Shown piece by piece: positions 29,303 to 39,904 of a stretch of DNA of 64,000 bases. This DNA comes from an uncultured Eubacteriaceae bacterium (GTDB taxonomy: Bacteria > Bacillota > Clostridia > Eubacteriales > UBA1433). The first letter of the stretch is position 1. The number at the start of each line of letters is the position of its first letter. The DNA lies in assembly GCA_964581565.1 (NCBI GenBank), contig CAZOOZ010000008.1, forward strand, positions 27,552 through 91,551, written 5' to 3'. The translations under genes and the position numbers were made by a program. Under the pieces are notes generated by a model. The model saw only the letters and a program-made list of their open reading frames with translations, ran no database searches and had not been told where the DNA came from.

Positions 29303-30847
29303 ATGGATAGGGGATTATTTAATGAACGCTATGACGCAATCGTAATCGGCAGCGGTATGGGTGGGCTTGCTGCCGGATGCAATCTTGCCAGATGTGGGTT
29401 AAAGCCGCTCGTGCTGGAAAAGCACAATCTGCCGGGCGGTGTAACCACGAGTTTTGTACGCGGCCGTTTTGAGTTTGAGATCTCTGTGCAGTGCATCACG
29501 GAATACGGCAACATTGAAGGAATGGGACCTATATATAAATTCTTTCATGACGAGCTGCAGCTTGACCTTCAGTTTCCAGAAATGAGAGAAGGCCGCTTTT
29601 TTTCTATGCAGGACAAAAACTTAAAGACAGTGCTGCCGCTCAAAAAGGAAGAGCTTATTGCATTTATCGATAAGTGCGTGCCGGGAAGTGCCGAGCCCGT
29701 TCGGGAGTATCTTAATTTTTGCGATGAGATGCTCATAGCCATCAATTACATCAACGATAATGATGCACATATTAAACCGATGGAATTGATCAGAAAGCAT
29801 AAGGGCATCGTGGCCGCGTCAGGCCTAACGGTCAAAGAAGTGACGGATAAATTCAAAATTCCAAAGGAAGCACTCGATCTGCTCGATATCTACTGGACTT
29901 TTACGGGTCTTCCCATGGATGCTATGTCCTTTCCCGTCTACGGAACGGTGCTCTCATGCATGGCTTCCACGCCTGTCTATGCGCCCCATAAAACCACGTT
30001 TGAAATTTCCGCAAAAATGGCGGAAAGGCTCACGCAGCTTGGCGGGCAGATCGCTTACAACACCCGTGTGGACAAAATTCTCGTAGAAAATGGTGCGGTT
30101 AAGGGTGTGGTTACCAACCGGAGAGAAATTATTAAAACGGAGAATATCTACTCCAACGCTCTTCCCCATAACGTATTTTGTAACCTCATCGATAAAGATG
30201 ATCTACCCCTAAAGGCATTGAAGCAATTGAATATGCGTGTACCGGGCACAAGTTTCTTGAGCCTGTATATGGGTCTGGATCAAAGCTATGAACAGTTGGG
30301 GCTTGATCATTACATGTATTACTTTGCAAAAGACGGCGATATCAACCGCGCTTATCAGCAGATGGAATATCTGAAACCGAGTCAATACTTCGCCGGCATG
30401 TGCCCCAACCCGCTGATACCGGATGCCTCGCCCGAGGGAACATCTATACTGCATTTGGAAACACTGACGAAATCTTCTGCGTGGTTGCCTGTAACACAGG
30501 AAGAATACTATAAGACAAAATGTGAGCTGGCAGCTGCATTGATCGACCAGGCAGCCGAAAGCTTAAACATTCCCATTCGGGATCATATCGAGGAAATCGA
30601 AGTCTGTGCACCGCATACCTTTGCGCGCTACATCGGCTCCTTTATGGGTAATGTATACGCATACGATCACCGCGTATTCGACTCCGTGGTCATTAAAGCC
30701 ATGACGCAGGAAAAAGAGCGCCTCATACGCGGACTTTCTTTTGTAGGGAATGCCGGCCTGCTGATTGCGGGATTTCCCAGTTCTATTTTATCCGGCAAAC
30801 TGGCTACCATCGAACAAATCGAAGAATGCAAAAAGGGGGTGTGCTGA
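29303..30847 (+). CDS. Phytoene-desaturase/RetSat-family FAD oxidoreductase (copy 1)
   Basis: VIGSGMGGL, EKHNLPGG..TSFVRGRFEFE, IEEIEVCAPHTFARY. Confidence 0.85.
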   Translation: MDRGLFNERYDAIVIGSGMGGLAAGCNLARCGLKPLVLEKHNLPGGVTTSFVRGRFEFEISVQCITEYGNIEGMGPIYKFFHDELQLDLQFPEMREGRFFSMQDKNLKTVLPLKKEELIAFIDKCVPGSAEPVREYLNFCDEMLIAINYINDNDAHIKPMELIRKHKGIVAASGLTVKEVTDKFKIPKEALDLLDIYWTFTGLPMDAMSFPVYGTVLSCMASTPVYAPHKTTFEISAKMAERLTQLGGQIAYNTRVDKILVENGAVKGVVTNRREIIKTENIYSNALPHNVFCNLIDKDDLPLKALKQLNMRVPGTSFLSLYMGLDQSYEQLGLDHYMYYFAKDGDINRAYQQMEYLKPSQYFAGMCPNPLIPDASPEGTSILHLETLTKSSAWLPVTQEEYYKTKCELAAALIDQAAESLNIPIRDHIEEIEVCAPHTFARYIGSFMGNVYAYDHRVFDSVVIKAMTQEKERLIRGLSFVGNAGLLIAGFPSSILSGKLATIEQIEECKKGVC

Positions 30848-30848
30848 T

Positions 30849-32060
30849 ATGTCGAAGGTAAAACTCATTCCGGGATTATTCGCTTTGATGCGCATGGCAC
30901 GTATACGTAAAGAACGAATAGAGCAGACTGAGGCTACATATTGCCCTGATCCGATCGGTGAGGTGGCAAAGCAGATGCACCCGGATTTTTTGTCGCTTGC
31001 GGTGCACAGCATAGCAGAGGAAAACGATAGTGTACGCACGTATCGGCTTGTCTGTGCAAAGGATGATGCATCGCTGCCGGTGTTTCAGGCAGGGCAGTAT
31101 ATTTCCGTAAAGCTATCTATCGGGCAGACGCAAAGCAGCCGTGCATATACAATTTCGTCCGCACCGTATGAGGCCGAAGGGGAAAACGGATATTACGAAA
31201 TCACAGTCAGAAAAAAACCGGGAGGTTTTGTAAGCGGTTATCTGTTCGACAACTGGAAAGCAGGCACGAAAATTTATGCTACGGGGCCGCATGGAGATTT
31301 TTATTACTGTCCGCTGCGTGATCATAAAGATATCGTTGCACTGGCGGGCGGTGCGGGAATCACGCCGTTTAGAAGTATGATAAAACAGTTTGCCGTAAGA
31401 GAGAAAGAACTCACTCTCACGTTACTGTATGGCTGCAAAGACGATAAAGACGTATTGTTTGAAAAAGAGCTTGATGAGCTCATAAAAAAAGAGCCCGGTC
31501 GTTTTCACCGTGTCAATACTTACGAGGCTGCTCCTCAGGGAGAGTGCCAGGGTTATCTTGACGCAAAATTTATTAATGAAAATATACAAAATCCGCAGGA
31601 TAAAACCTTCTTCATTTGCGGGCCCGCCGTGATGTATGAATTTCTGAGAAGCGAATTCCCAAAAGTAGGAAATCTGAGACGCAAACAGCTTCGATTCGAG
31701 GTAGGCGGTGCGCCGGATGACGTAACGAAAAGAAAAGATTGGCCTAAAGAAGCAAAAGCGAAAACAGTGCAGCTCGCAGTGCATATCGGTAATCTCAGCT
31801 ATGATATTCCCGCCGGCACCACCGAGAGTATATTAGCTAGCATTGAACGCGCGGGGCTGCTGCTTGATTCCCGCTGCCGCAGCGGTGAATGCGGCATCTG
31901 CCGTTCAAAGCTTAACAGCGGTGATGTCTTTATAATACCGGATAACGACGGCCGGCGTGCGGTGGATAAGCAGCTGGGCTATATCCATCCGTGCTCTACT
32001 TATCCGCTCAGCGACTGTTGTGTTATTATTCCGCCACCAAACCCTGTTAAAGACAGGTAA
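30849..32060 (+). CDS. FNR-type FAD/NAD(P)H reductase with C-terminal 2Fe-2S (copy 1)
   Basis: AGQYI, RAYTISS, AGGAGITP, FICGP, CRSGECGIC...HPC. Confidence 0.88.
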   Translation: MSKVKLIPGLFALMRMARIRKERIEQTEATYCPDPIGEVAKQMHPDFLSLAVHSIAEENDSVRTYRLVCAKDDASLPVFQAGQYISVKLSIGQTQSSRAYTISSAPYEAEGENGYYEITVRKKPGGFVSGYLFDNWKAGTKIYATGPHGDFYYCPLRDHKDIVALAGGAGITPFRSMIKQFAVREKELTLTLLYGCKDDKDVLFEKELDELIKKEPGRFHRVNTYEAAPQGECQGYLDAKFINENIQNPQDKTFFICGPAVMYEFLRSEFPKVGNLRRKQLRFEVGGAPDDVTKRKDWPKEAKAKTVQLAVHIGNLSYDIPAGTTESILASIERAGLLLDSRCRSGECGICRSKLNSGDVFIIPDNDGRRAVDKQLGYIHPCSTYPLSDCCVIIPPPNPVKDR

Positions 32061-32179
32061 AGTCAATTAAAATGCAGAAAATGGTAAGACAGCGAAGAGG
32101 TTAGCAAGAAGCACATTATCATTTCGTCCTATATAAAAACATTTTATAAAAAATAAAAATAATAAAAAAGGAGGAAAAT

Positions 32180-33745
32180 ATGAGCGATTATCAATTTAGC
32201 CGGGAGGCTGATGCCGTCGTCATAGGCGCTGGCAACGGAGGTTTGGCGGCGGGTGCGGTTCTTGCGAAAAACGGCTTAAAACCACTTGTTTTAGAAAAAC
32301 ACAGTTCGCCGGGAGGCTTCGCCTCAAGCTTTGTGCGCGGCCGGTTTGAGTTTGAAACGGCACTGCACGTGCTTGCCGATTATGGTCCGGCAAATAACCG
32401 CGGTAATCTTGGGTTGTTTTTCGACGAGCTGGGGCTGGACGTAGAATTTGTGGAAGTGCCCGAGGCATATCGGCTTATTACAACACACGATCCAGAAGGA
32501 AATTTGGATGTTGTGATGCCGATGGGTGTTGAAGCTTATATTGACAAGATGGAAGAAATTGTGCCGGGTTCGCGTGAAAGCGTGACGAAATACATGTTAC
32601 TCAGCAAGGAAGTCTACGAGGCGCTGGCATATTTGGGCAAAAACAAGGGCAATGTGGATAAAAGCGTTCTGCTCAATGAATATGGAAACTTTGTGCGTAC
32701 CTGCGCGGCTTCGCAGCAGCAAGTGCTTGATGCGCTGAAAATGCCTATGAGAGCTCAGCGTATTCTGAACGCTTACTGGACATATCTCGCTGTAGATATG
32801 CAGCGAATCAATTTTACGATATTCGGCGTTATGATTTATGTTCTTCTTGAAAAGAGTGCGTATGTGCCAAAAATGCGTTCGCACGAGATATCTATGGCGC
32901 TTGAGCAGAAGATAAGAGAATTTGGCGGCATAGTAGAGCTCAACAGTGAGGTAGAGCATATTTTAATTGAAAACGGAAATGTGGTAGGGGTTAAGACCAA
33001 AAGAGGTGAATACATAAAGACGTCGCAGGTGGTAGCCAATATGTCCGAGCATATGGTTTATTCAAATCTCTTGCATCCCGCAGTCGAAATACCGCCTCGC
33101 TGTTATCAGCTTGCCAACGCACGCATAATGGGTGCGAGCGCAATGGTCGTTTATCTGGGACTTAATAAAAGCGCGCAGGAACTGGGTATTACGGAATATG
33201 AATATTTAATTTATGACAGTATGGACACACCCGATATTTATAAATCGTTCGATACGCGCGGACGCACGAAAGCGCAGGCCACGGCGTGTTTGAATCTTGC
33301 TGTGCCGGACTGTTCACCGCCCGGTACCTGCATTATCTCGTTTACGGTGCTCAATCAGGGCGATCGATGGGCAGCTGTGACACCCGAGGTTTACCACCAA
33401 GAAAAAGAACGAATTGCAGAAGAGATTTTAGGAGAGTTTAAACTGGCTACCGGCATCGACCTAATACCGTATATTGAAGAAATAGAGATAGCCACACCGG
33501 CCACATTTGCCAATATTAACCGTAAATATAACGGCAGCATTTACGGTTACGAGTGTGTAGACTGGGATTCGTTGATTCCCAAAACAATGACTATTCAAGA
33601 CGAAGATGAAAATCTTATCAAAGGGCTGCGTTTCGTCGGCGGATTTTCTCGCCGGTCACAGGGATTTTCAAGCTCCTATATGACGGGAGAATTGGCGGGA
33701 CGACTGACTGCCGCCAAATGGAAGGAGGAAAATAAAAATGTCTGA
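32180..33745 (+). CDS. Phytoene-desaturase/RetSat-family FAD oxidoreductase (copy 2)
   Basis: VIGAGNGGL, EKHSSPGGFASSFVRGRFEFE, IEEIEIATPATF. Confidence 0.85.
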   Translation: MSDYQFSREADAVVIGAGNGGLAAGAVLAKNGLKPLVLEKHSSPGGFASSFVRGRFEFETALHVLADYGPANNRGNLGLFFDELGLDVEFVEVPEAYRLITTHDPEGNLDVVMPMGVEAYIDKMEEIVPGSRESVTKYMLLSKEVYEALAYLGKNKGNVDKSVLLNEYGNFVRTCAASQQQVLDALKMPMRAQRILNAYWTYLAVDMQRINFTIFGVMIYVLLEKSAYVPKMRSHEISMALEQKIREFGGIVELNSEVEHILIENGNVVGVKTKRGEYIKTSQVVANMSEHMVYSNLLHPAVEIPPRCYQLANARIMGASAMVVYLGLNKSAQELGITEYEYLIYDSMDTPDIYKSFDTRGRTKAQATACLNLAVPDCSPPGTCIISFTVLNQGDRWAAVTPEVYHQEKERIAEEILGEFKLATGIDLIPYIEEIEIATPATFANINRKYNGSIYGYECVDWDSLIPKTMTIQDEDENLIKGLRFVGGFSRRSQGFSSSYMTGELAGRLTAAKWKEENKNV

Positions 33746-34955
33746 TAAATTAAAAATTAAAATCAAGCCACTGGCATTTATGGACCTGCTGGCATTTAAA
33801 AACCTGATACCCAAACGAAAAAAAATGTTTGAGAACGCCTCTGTTGTATGTCCCGAGGCGAAACCGGTCGTCAATGAGTTGGCAAGGCGCTTGCATCCCA
33901 TAAGGCAATATATGACGATAGCGGAAGTCATAGATGAGACGCCTGACGTGAAAAGCTTCAAACTCAAAGCGGATATTGCCCGGCAAACAAGCGAGCTTGC
34001 TGTGTTTCGCGCAGGACAATATTTATCTGTGAAATTAAACGTGGAAGACGAACATATAACCCGTCCGTATTCCATTGCATCTTCGCCTAAGGAAGCGCAG
34101 GAAGGGTATTACAGGCTGACAATCAAGCGCGCCGCGTTCGCTACGGATTATCTATGGGGAAACTGGAAAATCGGAGCTCAAATAGAGACATCAGGGCCGG
34201 AAGGTCAGTTTTATTACACGAGGCTGCGCGATATGCCACACATTGTAGGCATTGCCGGCGGCAGCGGAATCACGCCGTTTTTAAGCATGATGAGTGACTT
34301 TGAAGATAAAGGATGGCTCGTGAATTTCACGCTGTTCTACGGCTGTAACTGTGCAGGTGATATTGTCTGCCGTAAACAGATTGACCAAATTGCAGAAAAC
34401 AGTAAAGGAAAGCTCAAAGTGGTATATATCATGGCCAAAGAAGAGCCCGAGGAGAATATGGAGAAGGGATTTATAACAGCAGAGCTGATCAAAAAATATG
34501 TGCAACCCGAACTATGCAGCTTCTTCATTTGCGGTCCGCAGGCCATGTATACATTTATCAACAAGGAGCTTGCTCAGTTCTCTCTGCCGCTCAAGCAGCT
34601 GCGTTATGAAGTTTTTGGAGAAGCCAAGAATGTTGCCGCAATGGAAGACTATCCGCAAAACGTGCCCGACAGCTTTACAATAAAGGCTGTATATCGGGAA
34701 GAGACGAAGAAAATACCCGCTTTCTCAAGAGAATCCGTGCTGGTGGCAATGGAACGTGCCGGCTTTGCACCGCCATCCAAGTGCCGTAGCGGGCAATGTG
34801 CATTCTGCCGAACACGGCTGATTTCGGGGGATGTGTATGTGCCGTCTTCATCCGATGACAGGCGAAATGCAGATAAAAAATTTGGTATCATACATGCGTG
34901 TTCCTCATATCCGTTAAGTGATTTAGTGATCGAAGTGCCTCATGATGAAGTGTGA
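33738..34955 (+). CDS. FNR-type FAD/NAD(P)H reductase with C-terminal 2Fe-2S (copy 2)
   Basis: AGQYL, RPYSIAS, AGGSGITP, FICGP, CRSGQCAFC...HAC; overlaps upstream stop. Confidence 0.88.
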   Translation: MSDKLKIKIKPLAFMDLLAFKNLIPKRKKMFENASVVCPEAKPVVNELARRLHPIRQYMTIAEVIDETPDVKSFKLKADIARQTSELAVFRAGQYLSVKLNVEDEHITRPYSIASSPKEAQEGYYRLTIKRAAFATDYLWGNWKIGAQIETSGPEGQFYYTRLRDMPHIVGIAGGSGITPFLSMMSDFEDKGWLVNFTLFYGCNCAGDIVCRKQIDQIAENSKGKLKVVYIMAKEEPEENMEKGFITAELIKKYVQPELCSFFICGPQAMYTFINKELAQFSLPLKQLRYEVFGEAKNVAAMEDYPQNVPDSFTIKAVYREETKKIPAFSRESVLVAMERAGFAPPSKCRSGQCAFCRTRLISGDVYVPSSSDDRRNADKKFGIIHACSSYPLSDLVIEVPHDEV

Positions 34956-35006
34956 GAGAGTATAAATAGTTCATAACTCAATGAAAGTTCAAAATTTATG
35001 TAAAAT

Positions 35007-35035
35007 AAAGGCCGGTCTTATTGATCCGGTCTTTT
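35007..35035 (+). terminator. Terminator ending the oxidoreductase operon
   Basis: AAAGGCCGG...CCGGTCTTTT. Confidence 0.65.
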
Positions 35036-35086
35036 GATGTGCGCGAATACTTTTTAACCTTAAATTGCAGATACTGTAAAAAGCTA

Positions 35087-35135
35087 TTGACAAATACAGT
35101 CAGGGATATTAAACTAAAGTTAGTTAAAACTAACT
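35087..35135 (+). promoter_or_regulatory. sigmaA promoter with AGTTAG-N6-CTAACT operator (site 2)
   Basis: TTGACA-17-TAAACT then AGTTAGTTAAAACTAACT at 35118-35135. Confidence 0.72.
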
Positions 35136-35384
35136 AAATAATGTCGTTATTAATTCAAGTCGGTTAATAAAAAAAAGAATTATCGTTTGATACATCAAAA
35201 GAAAGTAATGAAAAAATTTTTTACAAAAACATCATTAGAAAGTATAACTCGATTTTGTATAGTTTTTATCCAACAATTATAGAAGAGAATGTCTTCTTTA
35301 AAATATAAAGCCGAAAAGCTATTCTTTAAAATGCCGAATATAGTTGATTAGGTTCAGTTTAAGTTTTTAGGAGGATGAAGAAGT

Positions 35385-37169
35385 ATGACAAAAGAAAAAA
35401 AAATAAATATTTTAAAAAGGTTTACCCCCTATATGGGTACAAAGAAAGGTCTTCTTCCTTTGTCGTTAGTGCTGTCAGGAATTTCTGCAGTTCTCAATAT
35501 TTTGCCTTTTGTGCTTGTATGGTACATAACACGTGATATATTATCAGATCCGCAAGCAATTGATTTTTCAAAAGTTCATTTTTATGCGTGGCTTGCCTTT
35601 GCAAGCGCGATAGGAGGAATAGTAGCATATTTTTGTGCGCTTATGAGCTCGCATCTTGCGGCCTTTCGTGTAGAGGTTGGAATGCAAAAAGTCGGTATGG
35701 AAAAAATATTATCTATGCCGCTTGGTTTTTTTGATTTGAATTCGAGCGGAAAAATACGAAAAATCGTCAATGACGGAGCAGGGACGACGCATACATTTTT
35801 AGCACACCAACTCCCTGATATGGCAGGCAGTATTGTCTCCCCCGTTATTTTAATCGCGCTAATTTTTACTTTTGATTGGCGAATGGGGCTGGCTTCTCTC
35901 GTCCCTATTATTTTGGGGTTTATAACCATGAAGTTTATGACAAGTACCAAAGGCAGACAGTTTCAGAAAAATTATTTTGATTCATTAGAGGAAATGAGCT
36001 CTGAATCCGTAGAATATGTGCGAGGAATCCCGGTAGTTAAAACTTTTGGTCAAACAATATTTTCTTTTAAACGATTCTATAACAGCATCATCAAATATAA
36101 AGAGATGGTTCATGCGTATACGCTTCTTTGGCAAAAACCGATGTCTTTTTATACTATTATTATGCAGTCGGCCACATTCTTTTTGATCCCTATGGCAATT
36201 CTTTTGATTGGAAGAGGAGAAAATCTCGTCATTGTGCTTGCGGATTTTGTCTTTTATATTCTGATATCTCCTATCTTTACTATCCTTTTAATGAAATCGA
36301 TGTATTTTCAGCAAAACGCAATGATTGCAGAGCAAGCAATTGACAGGATAGATAACCTTCTTGATTATCCTATGATGAGCTACAGCAAAAATATAAAAAA
36401 CATTAACAATCATAGTTTGGAGTTCAAAAATGTCGTTTTTTCATATGAGGGAAGCGGCAAACGTGCTATTGATAACATCAGTTTTAAGTTAAACGAAGGA
36501 GAAACAATTGCGCTTGTTGGGGCTTCAGGAGGAGGAAAAACAACAATTGCACGACTGGCTGCACGCTTTTGGGATGCAGATGAAGGAGAGATATTAATCG
36601 GAGGAGTAAACGTTAAAGATATTCCTCAAAAAGAACTAATGGATAATATTTCTTTTGTTTTTCAAAGTACTAAGCTGTTTAAAGGCTCATTAAGAGACAA
36701 TATAGTTTTTGGAAAAGAAAATGTTGGAGACGAAGAGCTGAATAAAGCAATTGATTTTTCACAGTCAAGAGAGATCATAGAAAATCTATCTAATGGAATT
36801 AATACAGTAATCGGTTCAAAAGGAACTTATCTTTCAGGCGGAGAACAACAAAGAATTGCGCTTGCCAGAGCAATTGTAAAAAATGCTCCAATCGTACTCT
36901 TGGATGAAGCCACTGCTTTCGCGGATCCCGAAAATGAACACTTAATCCAAAAAGCTTTGAAAGAACTCAGCCGCGGAAAAACAACTCTCATGATTGCGCA
37001 TCGGCTTACAAGCGTACAAAACGTTGATAGAATTCTTGTTATAAAAAGCGGGAAAATCACGGAGGAAGGAACGCATAAGGAACTATTAAACAAAGACGGA
37101 CTCTATAAAACGATGTGGGATGAATATCAACAATCTGTCATATGGAAAATCAATGCAAAAGATGCTTAA
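35385..37169 (+). CDS. ABC transporter fused TMD-NBD, subunit A (IrtA/YbtP-like heterodimer)
   Basis: 6 TM; LAHQLPD, EYVRGIPVVK; GASGGGKT, LSGGE, LLDEATAFADPENE. Confidence 0.88.
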   Translation: MTKEKKINILKRFTPYMGTKKGLLPLSLVLSGISAVLNILPFVLVWYITRDILSDPQAIDFSKVHFYAWLAFASAIGGIVAYFCALMSSHLAAFRVEVGMQKVGMEKILSMPLGFFDLNSSGKIRKIVNDGAGTTHTFLAHQLPDMAGSIVSPVILIALIFTFDWRMGLASLVPIILGFITMKFMTSTKGRQFQKNYFDSLEEMSSESVEYVRGIPVVKTFGQTIFSFKRFYNSIIKYKEMVHAYTLLWQKPMSFYTIIMQSATFFLIPMAILLIGRGENLVIVLADFVFYILISPIFTILLMKSMYFQQNAMIAEQAIDRIDNLLDYPMMSYSKNIKNINNHSLEFKNVVFSYEGSGKRAIDNISFKLNEGETIALVGASGGGKTTIARLAARFWDADEGEILIGGVNVKDIPQKELMDNISFVFQSTKLFKGSLRDNIVFGKENVGDEELNKAIDFSQSREIIENLSNGINTVIGSKGTYLSGGEQQRIALARAIVKNAPIVLLDEATAFADPENEHLIQKALKELSRGKTTLMIAHRLTSVQNVDRILVIKSGKITEEGTHKELLNKDGLYKTMWDEYQQSVIWKINAKDA

Positions 37170-37179
37170 GGAGGAGAAA

Positions 37180-38913
37180 ATGATTAAGTATTTTCAAAAT
37201 AAATATGCCATGTCTGAACAAGGAGTGAAAGACCTGATTCGCTCCATTATTTGGACGGTCATTATGGATATCAGCTTTATGATTCCGGTTATTTTCGGCT
37301 TTAAATTCTTGGATGAACACTTGACCACATTACTAAATGCTTCAAACAGCTCGGGAAGCAGTGTTCTCTATTATATAATCATGGCTCTGGCCGCTTTGCT
37401 GGTCATGTTTGTAATTGCTTATTTCCAGTATGATTCGACTTATACCAGAATTTACGAAGAAAGCGCAAGGAGAAGAATTAGCCTGGCTGAAACATTAAGA
37501 AAGTTGCCATTAGCTTTTTTCGGCAAAAAGGATATTGCCGACTTAAGTGCGACAATCATGGAAGATGCCACACAAATTGAACAACAATTTTCCCATTCTG
37601 TACCTCAAATTTTTGCGTCGGCAGTGACCATTTTTATCATGGGTGTAATAATGTTCATTTATAACTGGCAGTTATCCCTTGCTGTATTCTGGGTTGTTCC
37701 GGTTGCACTTTTGGTTTTTTATCTGTCGAGAAAATTTCAAAATAGTATGCATACAAAGCTCTATCATGTAAAAAGAGATATTTCAGATAATATTCAAGAA
37801 GAGCTCGATTCAATTTATGAGATAAAATCCTATAATAGAGAAGAGGATTTTTCAAGTAGTTTTAATACAAAGCTGGATAATTATGAAAAGTTTTTGATTA
37901 AAGGTGAACTGTTACTCGGTGCGTTGATCAACGTTTCCTATGTGATATTAAAGCTGGGGCTGCCCAGTGTGATACTGGCGGGCGCGTATCTTTTGGCAAA
38001 CGGATCGGTTAGTATATTTGCGTACCTTGTATTTCTTGTCGTAACGGCACGTATTTATAATCCAATCATGGATGCGATGAATAACTTAGCACTTCTTCTG
38101 TTTCTCAATGTTCGCATTAACCGCATGAAAGAGATGGATCAAATGCCAAGACAGGATGGAAGAACTGAGTTTAATCTTAATAATTATGATATTGAATTCA
38201 AAAACGTCGATTTTTCATATCAAAATGGGGTACAAACGTTAAAGAATGTTAGTTTTACGGCAAAACAAGGCGAAGTGACTGCGCTTGTAGGACCTTCTGG
38301 CGGCGGAAAGAGTACAGTGGTCAAGTTGTCTGCGCGTTTCTGGGATATAGATAAAGGGCTCATCACCTTGGGCGGAGAAGATATCTCCCGAATTGATCCT
38401 GAAATTCTTCTGAATAATTTTTCAATTGTTTTTCAGGATGTAATACTCTTTAATTCAAGTGTCATGGATAATATCCGCCTTGGAAAGAAAGATGCGCCTG
38501 ATGAAGAAGTAATGAAGGCGGCGTATCTTGCGCAATGCGATGAGTTTGTAAGAAAACTTCCGCAAGGATATGATACATTGATCGGCGAAAACGGCGAAAG
38601 ATTATCAGGAGGTGAAAGACAGCGTATATCCATTGCCAGAGCCATACTCAAGGACGCGCCAATTATCCTGCTTGATGAGGCTACGGCATCTCTTGATGCG
38701 GAAAATGAGAGTAAAATTCAAAGAGCCCTTAGCGAGCTTATTAAAAACAAAACTGTTTTGATTATTGCTCATCGTATGAGAACAGTTTCAGGTGCCGATA
38801 AAATTGTTGTTATTAAAGATGGTGCTATCGCAGAGGCAGGCGCGCCTCGGGTGCTAAAAGAAAAACAAGGAATATTTGCATCTATGGTAAAAACACAATA
38901 TCAAAATAATTAA
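37180..38913 (+). CDS. ABC transporter fused TMD-NBD, subunit B (IrtB/YbtQ-like)
   Basis: RISLAETLRKLPLAFF; GPSGGGKS, LSGGE, LLDEATASLD; start 37180 after AAGGAGG. Confidence 0.88.
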   Translation: MIKYFQNKYAMSEQGVKDLIRSIIWTVIMDISFMIPVIFGFKFLDEHLTTLLNASNSSGSSVLYYIIMALAALLVMFVIAYFQYDSTYTRIYEESARRRISLAETLRKLPLAFFGKKDIADLSATIMEDATQIEQQFSHSVPQIFASAVTIFIMGVIMFIYNWQLSLAVFWVVPVALLVFYLSRKFQNSMHTKLYHVKRDISDNIQEELDSIYEIKSYNREEDFSSSFNTKLDNYEKFLIKGELLLGALINVSYVILKLGLPSVILAGAYLLANGSVSIFAYLVFLVVTARIYNPIMDAMNNLALLLFLNVRINRMKEMDQMPRQDGRTEFNLNNYDIEFKNVDFSYQNGVQTLKNVSFTAKQGEVTALVGPSGGGKSTVVKLSARFWDIDKGLITLGGEDISRIDPEILLNNFSIVFQDVILFNSSVMDNIRLGKKDAPDEEVMKAAYLAQCDEFVRKLPQGYDTLIGENGERLSGGERQRISIARAILKDAPIILLDEATASLDAENESKIQRALSELIKNKTVLIIAHRMRTVSGADKIVVIKDGAIAEAGAPRVLKEKQGIFASMVKTQYQNN

Positions 38914-38998
38914 TATGTTGTATCAAATAATATAAATGCATGAAGTATAGGATAATATAAAGAAATTAGAAAGCAATAAGTAACCAAAGTTGTAATTA

Positions 38999-39036
38999 CA
39001 TGAAGCAAGTGTCTTTAAAGAGGCACTTGCTTCATG
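38999..39036. terminator. Strong hairpin after ABC pair
   Basis: CATGAAGCAAGTGTCT...AGGCACTTGCTTCATG. Confidence 0.6.
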
Positions 39037-39181
39037 GAGAGCACGATTAAAGTTCATTACACAAATATGGAAGATATTTATCGACATCCGTTCTTTTTGC
39101 ATACTATAAATTCTTTAAATGTAATAATAATTTATAAAAATGTAAGATGTATATGAAAAAGGAAGAAAAATCCGTATAAAC

Positions 39182-39214
39182 AAAAAGCAGACCGACATAT
39201 CGTCAGCCTGTTTT
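39182..39214 (-). terminator. sod terminator (homologous to 41911-41943)
   Basis: Minus strand AAAACAGGCTGACGATATGTCGGTCTGCTTTTT. Confidence 0.6.
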
Positions 39215-39256
39215 CGTTTTTATGAACATCCACTGGGGAGAGTGTGTCTATAGCAT

Positions 39257-39904
39257 TTACGCAAAGCCCTTTGACATATTTGCCATGCAATCCTTATAAA
39301 GCTCTCCGGCTTGTTTCCAATTTGCTACATTGAACCAATCATCGATATAGGCTGCCCGCTCATTGTAATGTTTTAAATAATACGCATGTTCCCAAACATC
39401 AATGGCCGCAACGGGACAAAGATTCTGAACAATAGGCGTATTTTGATTGGCCGATGTGACAATTTTGAGCTTCCCGCTCTGGTCCACGACAAGCCATGCG
39501 TATCCCGAGCCGAACACAGATAGTGCCTGCTTTTTAAACGCGTCGTAAAAGTCTTCGACAGACCCAAAATCCTGTACGATTGCATTATAAAGCATCCCGG
39601 CCTGTGAACGTATCTCCAAATTAGACATGCCGTTAAAATAGAAGATGTGGTTATAAACTCCGCCGCCGTTATTAATGACAGACTGCCGGATGGCTACCGG
39701 AAGTCTGTCCGCGTTATAGATCAACTCTTCAAGCGACCAGTTGTGCAGATCCGGATAGTCTTTCAATGCGCTATTGAGATTGTTGACATATGTTTGCAGG
39801 TGCCGGTCGTGATGTAAATGCATCGTTTTTGTATCGATATACGGTTCAAGTGCATCGTAAGCATAAGGAAGGGGTGGATTTACAAATGGATAATGCTCAT
39901 TCAT
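39257..39904 (-). CDS. sod: Fe/Mn superoxide dismutase
   Basis: LPYAYDALEPYID, HHDRH, NNGGG..NH, FGSGYAWL, DVWEHAYY. Confidence 0.95.
   Translation of the reverse strand: MNEHYPFVNPPLPYAYDALEPYIDTKTMHLHHDRHLQTYVNNLNSALKDYPDLHNWSLEELIYNADRLPVAIRQSVINNGGGVYNHIFYFNGMSNLEIRSQAGMLYNAIVQDFGSVEDFYDAFKKQALSVFGSGYAWLVVDQSGKLKIVTSANQNTPIVQNLCPVAAIDVWEHAYYLKHYNERAAYIDDWFNVANWKQAGELYKDCMANMSKGFA

Noticed and set aside
29303-34955. Carotenoid biosynthesis cluster
   Set aside because: No phytoene synthase or prenyltransferase; each CrtI-like gene is coupled to an NAD(P)H reductase instead
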